Positions 50,814 to 63,145 of a DNA stretch of 64,000 nucleotides are shown here, one piece after another; positions within the stretch are counted from its first letter, which is position 1; the number at the start of each line of letters is the position of its first letter. Source of the DNA: Marsupella aquatica (lineage: Eukaryota > Plantae > Marchantiophyta); NCBI GenBank assembly GCA_973895155.1, contig OZ316891.1, positions 29,928,331-29,992,330 on the forward strand, in the 5' to 3' direction. Under the pieces are notes generated by a model, which was not told where the DNA came from, ran no database searches, and was given only the letters and a program-made list of their open reading frames with translations. The translations under genes were made by a program, and so were the position numbers.

Positions 50814-51692
50814 ATGGCAAGCAGATGGAGCTCCTGCTGGTCAAATCTTCTGCAATTCATCGCAGATGAATGTTCTTACTCATGTGGTGTTGCGGAGAAT
50901 GCCAAACCATCAGCTCTGCGCTTAAATCAGCTGCATCAACTTCTCTTGTCTCAAGAAGCACATGACCTTCAGACTCCTCCTGAGACCGGAACACAGATGC
51001 AGCTACAACAAAGTCCAACCTGGTCTACTACAAGGCAGCCTGAAATCGACTCAGTGTCAGGCAGAGATCAGGGAGCATGCCTTGAGGGGAAACTACTTGC
51101 TGGTGAGCAACATCATCGTCGTGTAACAGATGTTTCATCTGAGAGAACACAGTCGGGAACACCTTGCAAGTCAGCAGAAGAAGGGCAGAGCCGTATGGTC
51201 ACCATACAGAAACCCACTGAAGCGGGCTATAATTGTGAAAATTGGGCAGAAAGGGAGACGAAACTTATATTAGAACTCCTGTCCATGAAGAGAAATCTAC
51301 TGGATAGCCAGCACGAAGCGAGTAAAGTTTCCCCAGAAATTGCTTCCTTGAGACTAGAAATGGCCATGTACTTAAGCAGGGAAACTTTAAATGCTCCAGG
51401 CAGCCGTTTTGAGGGTGATGTTTGGCAGCTAAAGCAGGTTCTGGAAGATGAACCGAACACGAAGAAGGACGTAGCTAACAAGAACGAGTGCAAGATTTGC
51501 TATGACTCGTGTCGAGATACCCTTATTCTTCCGTGTTTCCACTACCAGTACTGCAATGTTTGCCTACAAAAGGAGCGCCAAAAGAGGAAGGTGAGGAACC
51601 GGGCCAGGGCTGGGTCGAGGAAGAGAAAATTTCGTTGCCCATATTGTAGAAGCTCAGTTAAAGCGCTGCCTTGCTGGAGTATACCAAATTGA
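50814..51692 (+). CDS. C-terminal RING-HC (C3HC4) protein, putative E3 ligase
   Basis: CKICYD...LILPCFHYQYCNVC...CPYCR; intronless ORF; TATA-like TATAAAT at ~50515. Confidence 0.85.
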   Translation: MASRWSSCWSNLLQFIADECSYSCGVAENAKPSALRLNQLHQLLLSQEAHDLQTPPETGTQMQLQQSPTWSTTRQPEIDSVSGRDQGACLEGKLLAGEQHHRRVTDVSSERTQSGTPCKSAEEGQSRMVTIQKPTEAGYNCENWAERETKLILELLSMKRNLLDSQHEASKVSPEIASLRLEMAMYLSRETLNAPGSRFEGDVWQLKQVLEDEPNTKKDVANKNECKICYDSCRDTLILPCFHYQYCNVCLQKERQKRKVRNRARAGSRKRKFRCPYCRSSVKALPCWSIPN

Positions 51693-52789
51693 AATTAAGT
51701 AAGCTTTGGTATCCGGTCTGCAAGGCTCGACAGAACAACAGAAATACGGGAACATTATGGATTGGCATCCAAGTCAAATCTATGTGCAGGGTTCGATCCC
51801 AACTCGGGTGGTACCTTTTTATGTTCTTGTAAATAGAGGAATAATAAATTAGAATTATGTGAGGCTTAGTTGTGATAGATCTTGGGTGGGTAGGGAGTTG
51901 TAAAACCCCTGTAAAGCTAGGAGTTCCCTAGTAGGTGTTAGTGAATCCAATATGTTGCAACCCTTGTTTTCATCTATTTTATGAAAGTTTTCATACTTTT
52001 CTTCATACTATTCACTTTTTGTTTGAATTTTACCATGATTTTATGAAAACTTCCATAACATTAAAGTGTTCACGTAGCTCTCATAATTACCATCAATTTC
52101 ACACCCTGGTTTTCCATAAATGTTACAAAACCAGGCTCATTGACGTCACAAACACTAAAACATCTGAAATCACAAATGCTGATGTCATCTCAATTAAAGT
52201 TTAATATAAAATTTCAATATCAATGCTCATTCTCCCTAAAACATTTTCAAGAGATGTCACCCCAACACAGGTGATGTGTTCATCTAGCACCATACACACA
52301 CTAAGTTTATCACTCTTGACATATTTCAAGAATGTGAATGAGTTGAGGGTTTCATTTAGAGCAATTTAATTCTACAAATTGCCCCAATTTTGCTAGATGG
52401 ATATGGCAAGAAGTTGATAAGCAACCTTGAGGAACTGGTTTTCCCCCATTCATTCAATATCTCAACATTATAGAATATAGGGCCATGGCCAAATGTACCA
52501 AAAGCCTTTGTTAAGTATAGAGGCTGTGAATGACCACCTATTGGTTCAATATGTAGAGTTATTTGATCACTTTGAAGATTAAGGCCATCCCATTCGCACA
52601 TCCAGCAAAAAACATTAATGCTATCAAATATGGGTCACAATTGGCACAATATGTAGTGAGAACTTTTATTTGATAGAACAGTTATACCCAAAAAAGGGCC
52701 ATTTATGGGCGTCCCACCCTAGTTGCCAGTTATTTTTAATGCTTTGAAAAATGGCCCAACTCCTTGGCCGTAAAATAGCCATACACAGG

Positions 52790-53420
52790 GACATTGGCTA
52801 GAAATGTTTTTGACTTTCAAACATGAGGTCACCACATTGGCTAGACATTAACACTTTAAAAAATGGGGCCATCCCATTGGTCGGATGTAGTGAAGACTTG
52901 TTAGCAAGGACAAATATGGGGCCACACCATTGGTTGGATATAGCAAAAGATTGAGCATAGTCAGATATGGGTCACCACTGGCCAAAATTTAACATTTTCA
53001 AAAATGGGGTCACCTTATTGGTCAGGTGTACAGTGAAATACTGATATCTTGGCACTCCAGTACGTGACATGTTTTTAAACTTTCAAAATCAGGCTGGAAT
53101 TTAATTTTCACTCTTTCCAAATGGCCGGGGACAACTTGAACACTCTTGAAAACCAGGCTGGCCTCCTCATTGGCCGGACATTTGAATACTCATAAATGGG
53201 CCAACCCATTGGCTGAACACTATGAAATGTGGAGCCACCTTATTGGCCGGACATTTCATACTCTGAAAAGTGGAGCCACCTCATTGGCCGGACGTTTCAT
53301 ACTCTGAAAAGTGGTTCACCTCATTGGTGGGACATTTCACTCTCACAAATGCAGCCACCTCATTGGTCGAACATTTCACACTCTAAAAAATTGGCTGGAC
53401 TTTCAACACTATCAAAAATG
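52790..53420. repeat. Array of ~40-bp degenerate repeats (CATTGGCCGGACATTTCA...GGAGCCACCT), TE-subterminal-like
   Basis: More than 10 CATTGG(C/T)(C/T)GGAC-type cores, most regular at 53164-53400. Confidence 0.7.
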
Positions 53421-55713
53421 GTTAGCACGGGCCCATTAAAAAACATCAATACTTGCACCCAGCTGGCATGGCATTTGACCTGGCATTTTCCCAATGGAGC
53501 CCCATTGATGAATACATTAAGAATGAAATTGTCTCGGGGAAATTGTTTCAAGACTTACAATAAAACTATCTTGCTCATTTAATAAACAAATTAAGCAATT
53601 TTTCCCTGGGCCCTCAGCTTACAAAATAACGAAACACACGTCCAAACGTTCGATGGGTATTAAATATCAATTCCGCAAATAATATTATAACACCATTCTA
53701 ACCAACAAGGTCCTTATATATCGTCGTAACAGATTAGAAGAGGTGAAGGGTTTTATTAAAGGTGTCCCAAAGTTAATCAATTGAAGGGCCATTTTAATAT
53801 GCAATGACACGCGTCACGTGCTCATTGGACCACGTGTCAACTGACCAGTGGTTTAGGGTTTACGGGTTCTGGGGGAAGGGTGGTCAAAGTGTCGTGTTCC
53901 CCCCTTTCCCCCCTACTTTGTAGGAGCCGTCCGATGTAGGATGCCCTAGATCGGACGGCCAGGCGAATGTTGGGGTCCAAGATCAGGGCAAGACGCTCGG
54001 GCAGACGGTGCGAGAGGGTGGGGAGAGGAGGGGCGGGAGGAGGGGTCTCCGGAGAGGTTTGAGCCGGGGCCACACTTTTGGGCTTTTGGACTTTTGGACT
54101 TTTTTGCCAGTTTCTCCCTCCCGCAGTTTCTTTGCTTGCCTGTTCGCCCCGCCGTTTGCTCATTTCTTTGTCATCTCGCCCCGCATCTCGCGTGATCTTG
54201 AGTTGGGGTTTGGGCGAAAGCGGGAGGCGAAAGTGTTTCACATTCGGTCCCGCGTTCGGTTGAACTCTCGGGATTTCTTTGGGGCTTTGTGAACATGTTT
54301 GTGCCCCGGTCTGTGCACTCAATCTCTTTCGGGACTCTCTTGCATTCGAGCTTGCATTCCTGTCCCGATCCCGGTCCCGATTCCCATGTCCATTTCGTGA
54401 TCGAGTAATTTTGTAAGCTGATTGCGAGCCAATTGCGAGTTGGGCGGGGAGCTGAGGCTGCATTTTGACCCCCGTTTCGACCTTGGCCATTGCAGCGGGC
54501 ATTGCAGACGGGGTTGCGGGCTGCATTTCGACCTTGGCCAAGTTGAACCCCGGTTTTTCTCACCAATCTTGAGACCAATCGAAGCTTGGGGGACGGGCAG
54601 TGGGATCAACTGGCGGGGAAGGTAATTCCTGAGGTTATTTTTATATACGGTACCAATCCTGCTTCCTACTGTTTGGAATGAGCGCCCGAATGAGCGAAAC
54701 CATGGGCGAGAGATTCTGCCAGTGATTTGAGCTGAGGCACAAGTGCATTTTGTTGTTGATGCCTCCGGGGCTGCCTCTCACCCGGCCTCTTGTCTTGAAC
54801 ATTTCGGACTGTGCTTTTCTGTTGCTGGCTTTTCAGGCGGAGACTAATGTCGCTTTTTGTTTTGTAGGTTGGTGGTGGCTATAGTGAACACCGGCCCCGG
54901 CACCGACAGGAATCCCACAGAAAATTAGGGCTACGGTTACACGGTCTCGGGCACGGTCCACGGCAAGAAGGGACATTAAGTTTGCGTCTATGGCAATTTG
55001 TGTTGGTTTGTGTTTGTGCCCGTGTTTGTGACACTTTCTATTGCTTTCCTCGCGCTCTGCTTGTTCCTGCGTGCTACAAAACCTATGTCTAAAGCATTTT
55101 CCTTCATGCATGTGTTTAAATTGGTCATCGTAGCCTGGGATTTGGTTGTACTGGTTTAGTCACTTCGTTTTGTGGTTGCCTATTTGTTCTAAAGCATCTG
55201 AATTTGCAGGGCCTTTCCCGGGGGTTTAAAGAAGAAGGGGTTGGCGCCTTCTACCTTCATCACAGTATTCATTAAAACTGGAAATTTAAAAGTCCAAATT
55301 GTGATCCTCAAATTTACATTCTTGTCTCTAAAAAGTCCATTAATTTTGCTCCAAATAAACAATTTTTCAAGACTAAATATACACTCTTTTTGGTTTAAAA
55401 TTACACTTTTGCACTCCAAATTTGATTTTAATCAATTAATCATAATACAGAAATTATTAATATTAATTGTATTTGAAATTAAATAGATAAGTGACAAACA
55501 TGTATCATTTGGTCAAAAACTCATGATTAAATTCAAAGTGAGATTAATCATCTCATTTATCATAACATATATTCAAGGTTGGCTAGCCATAATGTCGATC
55601 CTACTCCAATGGTCAAGCTAGTGTAAAGTCCAAAGTAGTTCTATGACCTGTGAAATAGAAAAATGATTGCATGACTCCAATCTTGTGTCCTACAATGTAC
55701 AGAAACATAATGA

Positions 55714-58700
55714 TTAATCATCTAAAATTTCAAATTCTATGCCTCCATGAATATGTCTACATGACTGATTTGAACAAGTGAGTCGCTCTCCATTTGGGTC
55801 ATATAGTCTGTCACGAGTACAAGTGTCTTTGGGATAACGGTTTTTAAACTTAGAGGTGAGATCCCTAGTCTTTAGAACTTCCCAGACAAATCGGCGAGGA
55901 TTTTCTCTGAAGGGACCTGCATAAGACTCGCCCAAACAGTTGTTGACCACATCTTTCATATCATCTTCAGTCAGGTTCTCAAATGTAGGGTAGGATTGTA
56001 CCATATCCCTCACTTCCCAACATATCTCATCTCCAGTGACATCCAAGATGGTATACTCAATCTTGGAACGCCAAATCTTACTTCCCCACTTATGGGAAAG
56101 TAAATCATAGATTGCAGCATTACTTTCATGGTCATCATTTATATTAACAAATGACCAAAGTGGATTGTTGACAAATATATATTGTCGGATGTCATAAGCC
56201 TTCCACAATTTTCTAAGGAATGGCCAAAGTATCTCTGGTAGAAAAGTGTCACTCTCGGCAATGTGTGAGAAGGGAGTTGGGAACAAACCACTATACTGTG
56301 GATTTGCAAAAGCCTTCACTGGAGAGTCATCAATAAGTAGAGTGTTTGTATCATCATACTTGTCTCCAAAACGACTCCACACCACACGCAAATCCTTCAA
56401 CATAATATTTGCTTTCCCATCTGCTACGTCCGGTCTTTTTATGCCAGTATCAAAAGCATCTTCTTGTGTGAAAACAAATTTAAATTGCCTCCGCTCCTCT
56501 TCTTTGAAAATCAAATTCATCATTTCATTAGTTCTTGGCCTCCCCGCACAAGTCCACAATGCGACATCAAAACCTTTGAAAGCCACCTCCAAAAATTGGT
56601 GCAACCCTGGCCTTTCCACGTACATGAAATTGAATCCACCCCGTCTCCCCCAATGCACACCCCGCACAGTTGTTGTAGATCTTAACGGTCCCGAGCTTTT
56701 TGTTTTGACGCAATCCCAACAAATTTTGTTCAGGTCCAAAATCAAGAGTTTTCTTCTTATATCAGAGTGCAATTTAGGAGTGAAATCTGCAAAGATCCAA
56801 ATGAATCAAAATTATATCTAAAAGATATAAAAGAAGAACTTAGGGTCGAACCTGGATCGACCCGACCTAATGGGGAAAACAAACATATCATTTTTGAATG
56901 TCAAAGCATTTTGATATATCAATGTAGAAGTACCTTGCTCAAATGCTTTGTCTTGGACCAGGGTACCGCTTGCTGAAGGTAGACCAATAATATCCTTCGA
57001 TGGAAGAGATGCTATGACAAAACTTTGGTCTGTCCATATATGATTTCCAAACATAATATTTTAGATTATTGTGAAAAATAGAATAACGAAACCATAATAT
57101 TAACCTCCACTACTAAATGACCCATATTCATCTATCATTTTATCACCTAGATCACTTTGGATATCAGAATTGACGCCAACAGGAAGCTGCTCCACCAACG
57201 TTGGCGGCGCAAACACTGGACTCAATCTCAATTTGTCTATTATGTAATCAGGTTTGACCATTAACTTAGGCACATCCTCCAACGTTTCTTTCAATCCAAC
57301 TTTAGGTCCATTTCTCCAAATGAAATGAGTTGCATGACGGACTGTCTTCATATATCCTGTTCTACCTATCTCAGATCCAGACTTTTGAGACAAGCGTAAT
57401 ATTATGGGGCTTCCGCTTGACATCCTTGTGAAGACCAATTTATTCCCTGACGAACAAAATTGAGGAGACTTGGAACAAGTTGAAGCACCTGCCTCTTAAG
57501 CTTCAACATTTGTTGTCTCTCCAAGTGGAAGGTTGTCTTCAATCGCTTCTGCAATACCAACTTGTAGGTCCGTGGTGGGTGTAGTGGCCCCAATATTCTG
57601 CCAACCTGCATCCAATGTGCACGATACCTGCGGTCTCTCGGGATGCAATTTTGATACTTCAGGGTTGAGAGGATTTGAGGGAGGGTCGCTCTCAGGGCGA
57701 CCCGACATCACTATGTCGAGTTGAGGTAGCCCTTCAACACCGTAGGTAGTAATGCCAACCATTTCTGTTGCTCGAGCATCCCAATTTCCGCCAAAATCCT
57801 CCTCTACCATAGGACTTGAACCTCCATCATCATGCTGCAACTCACCATCCTCAAGGTCAACTCGCTGAGGGCCCGGTTGGGGGTTGTCCATAGGCCCGCA
57901 AAGAACACTTAGATGAGCTCTCCTAGGACCATGTACTCCCATCCGCTCTTTCATAAGGGAGGGAATCCTGTTGCACAAAACCCTTGCATATGCTTGGGTG
58001 AAATGGTGTTCTTGCAAAGTGTCTGAATAGACAAAACAATCTTGGTATGCCAACAAGGCCACCTTCAAAACCTGCCCTCCTGAAAAAAAATCGAGGACAG
58101 TCTCCCCCTCACCGGAAAAACATTCAATAATATTTTTGAGCATGTGTCGGGGCTTGGCATGCGGATTGACAAATCCTCCTTGACTTCCGACCATCTCAAA
58201 CATTGGAGCTTGCCGCGCAATAAATCTGCCATATCAAATGCGGGAGACTGCTCCTCTGTCTCATTCTCTTTTCCCTTGCTTTTCTCTTGCTTGTCAGCCT
58301 TCACTTCAATATTGAAATCACAGTCAACATAGGGGTGAAAACTAAATTTTGAATTGAACTCTGGCTTAAACAATTGATTCCAATCAAAATTGTCTTCACC
58401 TGTAATTCCAGCAAAAATGACCTGCTCAATCGCTCCTGTAAAAATTAAGCCCTGCGGATTTGGGCGATCTTCCTGATCATAACTCCCGTATTCAACATGG
58501 ATGGCCAAATGCTTTTCATGTCCTAATTTCCTTAGGGCACTTAAGATGTTGGCTGGAAGTGGCCCTGGATGAGTAGTCATGACAACTACAATGGTTGTAT
58601 TCCTTGGCAACTCCACAATATATTGGAGCAATACAAAAATTTCCGAATCTATCCATTCATGTTGTCGTGCCCTAATAAAATCAACAATTGCAAGTGGACA

Positions 58701-61700
58701 CATTGGCGTCGCCTCTTCCAATAACTCTGGCGTGGTTGTCTTCATTAGATTCTCACTGAAGAACGTCAAGAAAGGCTCTGTTTGTGTGCGCCCAACTCCA
58801 CCAAATTGTTTGCAGTACAACCCGTCTAATCTCACCATTAGACTTTGAGGGAAAGCCTCCTTCACAATGTTCTTCCTTAATAAACTGCTAAGGTAGACCT
58901 CCCCAGCTGCTCTTCGCAATTTTGTCAGCTCAAGTTGAGATCCCAAGGCCGGCATGATGTTGACCACCGAAGCCCACGATGTCCCCCCGGGAAACTTCTC
59001 CTTGTGCTTCTCAACAAAGTACTCAACAATGACTTGCTTCAATTTAGTCATTACCTTGATGGTATGAGCCATATCTGGCATTGACACCAGATCCATCTTG
59101 TTGGAGGCATCTTTCTTGAGAAGTGCTTTCTTCTCATAAACCGCGGTCAATATATCAATGATATCCGTAGAACTGATCTCCCCTTCAAAACATCTAAAAA
59201 GAGTTGGTGTGACCAGCTTTAGTGGCCGCGGCCCACCATACTCTCCTGCCCCGCCAGGGAGCTTCCCTGCCAACCAATCCCAACAAACAGTTTGCCATAA
59301 ATGGAAAAGCTTATCCTCAGCAAAGAGCAACCAAAAAATGGCTTTCAAGCTCGACTTTCCCATTGTTATCTTTGCGAGGGCAAACCAATCCTGCATTTAC
59401 ATTCATCCACCAAAAAACATGTTAGATGTTTAAACTTAGAAACTTCAACTTCTCTGCCTCGCCCCTAGAGCGAGGCGAAGAAAATGACAAAGCCATATGA
59501 AAATGGTTGGGGCAATCATTGTATTCATCATTCAATTTCATTTGGGTCGCTCTAAGAGCGAGGCAAAATTAAACTACAGTTCCAACTAATGAAAATGTTT
59601 ACCTGGTATTTCTGGTTGTCTGTACTTTGGTTTGTTCCAATTCCTGGACGCGGTGGTTTCCCACATTCATCAAATTGCCTTCTCGCATGAACAACTGTCT
59701 CTAGAAAACAAGACTTAAACTGCATGGTCTGATTTACTGCATTTGAAAGGCTCGAGTGCTCGACCAAAATTGCCCTTGGAGTGAGGTCTGATAAGATCCT
59801 CGCTTTCCGATATTGGAGTTTGCTAGCAAGATCAGTTAGCTTGGCATCCTTGTCTGCCCACCCTTGAATCCATTGTGCAGCCTTTGCGGAATGTTGCCCA
59901 CTGATTGCAAGAAATTGTATCTCTTGCTTCTTAACACCAAACAAAAATTGCTTTCGATCGCGTGCGGTATTGTCAAAATGTAACAACTGCTTAGTGCGCT
60001 CTAGAAATGGAATCAAATCTGCAACATGTGGTTCCTGGCCAGGGTTTTTCATCATTGATTTTGCTATCTCTAAGGCATGAACCTGGTTGAACATCCGATA
60101 CACAAAAACTGTAGTAGGCGGAAGAATACTTTTAACCGGGATTTCAAAAACCTCCCTGATTCCAAAAGTGTAGTATTGCTCGATGTTCCGCAAAGCTTTC
60201 TGCCCCTCCAATACATCTCGTTCCTCTGGTGCATCTATTGGGCATGTATCATCCTCCGGATCCAAGACCAACCTTGCTTTTGACGCTGACACGGGCTTTG
60301 ATTTTCCAATCTTGGCCTTCTTCTTGGGCTTCTTGTCGGAGTCCTTATCTTTCTTCTTCAACGCCGCCTTTTTTCCTCTAGTACTTCCTTCACTCCTTGG
60401 CTCTCTTTGTTTTCTCTTCTTCTGTGTTTCAGCCGACGTCATTTCTTTGGCCTTCATCTTCATCTTCCCCTTACCTCGATGCTTTTCTTCCTTCTTCTTT
60501 TGAGTTGAAATCCACTTCATGCAAGCATCTTTGTCAAACTCATCAGAGAAAATAAAACTCTTATCAATTGCTTGCTCATATGAAAAGCGTGTTGTTTCAA
60601 TCATCCTCTGGACAACCCATGTGTTAGGAAGATCTATAAGGTCCGGATGATCATGCATGTACCGCTTCACAGAGAGGAATCCAAAGACAACATCAACCCC
60701 ACTCAATTTGAATCTTCCATGCCTCTCAAGAACATCCTCTGCAGTGAACCCATCTGGAAGAAATCCCATTGAACAAATACTAGCCTCCGAGCGTGCTATC
60801 CACTCCACGTTGATAATTGACGAGTACATCTTGATTGGCAAGTAAAGTCTCATCCACTGAGATCTTTCTCTGGATTCAATAATGATTGTAACATTGCGGT
60901 TATCACTGCAATTTACAAGGACCACAGGGCCCAACGCAACTATCTTCTTGTCGTTCATTGTCTCAGCAGTGGTTGCCTTGATACAAATCATCGACAAGTC
61001 ATTCTCCATGATCCCTACTTCAAGTGCCCACGAAAATCCTGCCTTATCTTGTCCAGGGAAGATAAAGTCCTTGACATCCTCGGCCATAATATTTAACTCT
61101 GGGGATCCAAGTTGTTCTCCTGGAAAAACAAATTGAAACAACAAACATTAAAGCAAGAGATCTTCTGTGTTGCCTCGCCCCTAGAGCGAGCTGGAGACAA
61201 GGTCTGCATCAACAAACATGTGGGTTGGGTCGCTCCTGGAGTGACCCTAGGAAAACTTAAATCAAGGTCCAACCAACAACAAATTTGGATCGCTCCTGGA
61301 GCGACCCTAGGAAAACTTAAATCAAGATCCAACCGACAACAAAGTTGGGTCGCTCGACCCTAGGAAAACTTAAATCAAGGTCCAACCAACAACAAATTTG
61401 GGTCGCTCCTGGAGCAACCCTAGGAAAACTTAAATCAAGGTCCAACCGACAACAAAGTTGGGTCGCTCCTGGAGCGACCCTTGGAAAACTTAAATCAAGG
61501 TCCAACCAACAACAAATTTGGGTCGCTCCAGGAGCGACCCTAGGAAAACTTAAATCAAGGTCCAACCAACAACAAAGTTGGGTCGCTCCTGGAGCGACCC
61601 TAGGAAAACTTAAATCAACGTCCAACCAACAACAAAGTTGGGTCGCTCCTGGAGCGACCCTAGGAAAACTTAAATCAACGTCCAACCAACAACAAAGTTG

Positions 61701-62066
61701 GGTCGCTCCTGGAGCGACCCTAGGAAAACTTAAATCAACGTCCAACCAACAACAAAGTTGGGTCGCTCCTGGAGCGACCCTAGGAAAACTTAAATCAACG
61801 TCCAACCAATAACAACGACAAATCTTAGGCAAGATAGGGTCGCTCTTAGAGCGACCCTTCAAAGACTAACTTGCATCAATTGTTGAATCATACTTACGTG
61901 GAACTGTGATATGAAATCCCCTTGAGGCGGCCAAAGCGGATTCCACCGACATCTTTAGTAAAGTGTCTTGAGAATCATACTCAAAGATTTTACTAGAATC
62001 AAAGTTCAGGGACTGCCCAGAACTAGAAGTGCTAGTAGAATCATCAGAACTAGAGGAAGTGGCCAT
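55714..62066 (-). pseudogene. Multidomain gene: ParB/Srx-like + degenerate beta-class N4/N6 DNA methyltransferase + FCP1/NIF HAD phosphatase-like + CCCH-like finger; exons 62066-61898, 61119-59603, 59390-57105, 57029-56934, 56786-55714; frameshift ~58222, stop 57496-57498
   Basis: All four introns are GT-AG and phase-compatible. With 1 nt restored the exons total 5142 nt (1714 codons). Motifs: FLAISGQHSAKAA (ParB-like), NPHAKPRHMLKNIIECFSGEGETVLDFFSGG (MTase motifs X/I), KLLILDLNK, RPGLHQFL and NTLLIDDSP (FCP1/NIF). Confidence 0.72.
61221..61812. repeat. 60-bp tandem array (10 units), each with the palindrome GGGTCGCTCC-W-GGAGCGACCC, inside intron 1 of the ParB-MTase gene
   Basis: Palindromes at 61227, 61287, 61347 (7-bp deletion), 61400, 61460, 61520, 61580, 61640, 61700, 61760, plus a variant at 61837. 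Confidence 0.95.
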
Positions 62067-62353
62067 TGAAAAATGCCTCACAAACGTTTAGATGACACGT
62101 GGCAGCCTAGTATACAAGAACGCCTAGAGCTAGACCACACCACGGAGCGAGGCTACAGAGCAAGGAAAAAAATATACTATGAGCAAGGCAAAATCAACAG
62201 AGCGAGGCAAGAAAATCTACTATGAGCAAGGCAAGAGGGAGGAGGGAAACCAGGGCAGCTGGGCAAGAAGACAATGAAGGAGGAGATGGATGCAAGAAGA
62301 CAATGAGGCAAATGAGGTAATGTCTTTGCCTTTTGCCTTCCTATACCCTCACT

Positions 62354-62421
62354 GCCACGGCCGATCCTACGCCACGGCCGTTCCTACGCCACGACCGATC
62401 GTACGCCATGGCCAATCGTAC
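62354..62421. repeat. 17-bp tandem repeat x4 (GCCACGGCCGATCCTAC)
   Basis: Four consecutive imperfect units. Confidence 0.8.
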
Positions 62422-63145
62422 GCGACCTTACGCAACCCAGCCACTTGCTCCCTTCCATGCGCCTGTGAACTCGCAACCCTCATAATGACCTAGCTGTACG
62501 GGTATCCATAGATTTTGAAAAATGATGCACGGTCGTACGGGTGTCCACAGAATGCCGATCAGAGTAATCAGACTTTCGGCCTCTTGATGTTGTGAACCCC
62601 TTCAGGACAAACTTGGCTAAAGCTTGCTCACAAATGGTATAAAGCTCTACAGTTCCAATCATTTCTCTCTTTTGTATGGCGCGTGCGTTTCTGGTCATTG
62701 CTCACTCTCGGTCTCGCCCTTCGGCCCTTGTCTATCTTGCTTCTGTTCGGTGACTGATTCGACTGACTTGGACATTTATGGTTACAAGAGTTCGTGCAAG
62801 GAAAGTCCTGTTTCAAGTATATTGCATTAGTTTTGGTGTCCTTGGTTGGCGACAGGTCTTCTATAGTCCTTAAGAGAGGTATTACTTCATCTACCATTCT
62901 CTTAATTTCTTCTCTATGATATCCACCAAATATTTGGCCCTAGCTTTATCTTAATATATGGACCTAACTAAGCCCTAGATAATGTAGGGTTCCTAACGAC
63001 ACACTCGTCTACCCACACGTCTACACACTTCAATGGTCTAATTCAGCTTAATCATTCCCCTGATTTATTCATTTCCATATTTTCTCTTTTCCTTCACAAT
63101 TCTTGCTTCTCCAGGATTGTGCTCGTCTTTTCTTGCTCTCCCCTT

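Noticed and set aside
51785-51820. B-box-like GGTTCGATCCC followed by a T-run
   Set aside because: No A-box or cloverleaf, so it is not a tRNA.
53837-54609. 234-aa minus-strand ORF and overlapping ORFs
   Set aside because: GC-rich, low-complexity, non-ATG start and no recognisable domain; cannot be supported as a gene.
61221-61812. CRISPR-like array of palindromic repeats
   Set aside because: The intervening sequences are near-identical rather than unique spacers, there are no cas genes, and the array lies in a spliceosomal intron.
61093-61862. ORFs made of 20-aa repeats on both strands
   Set aside because: By-products of the 60-bp array within predicted intron 1.
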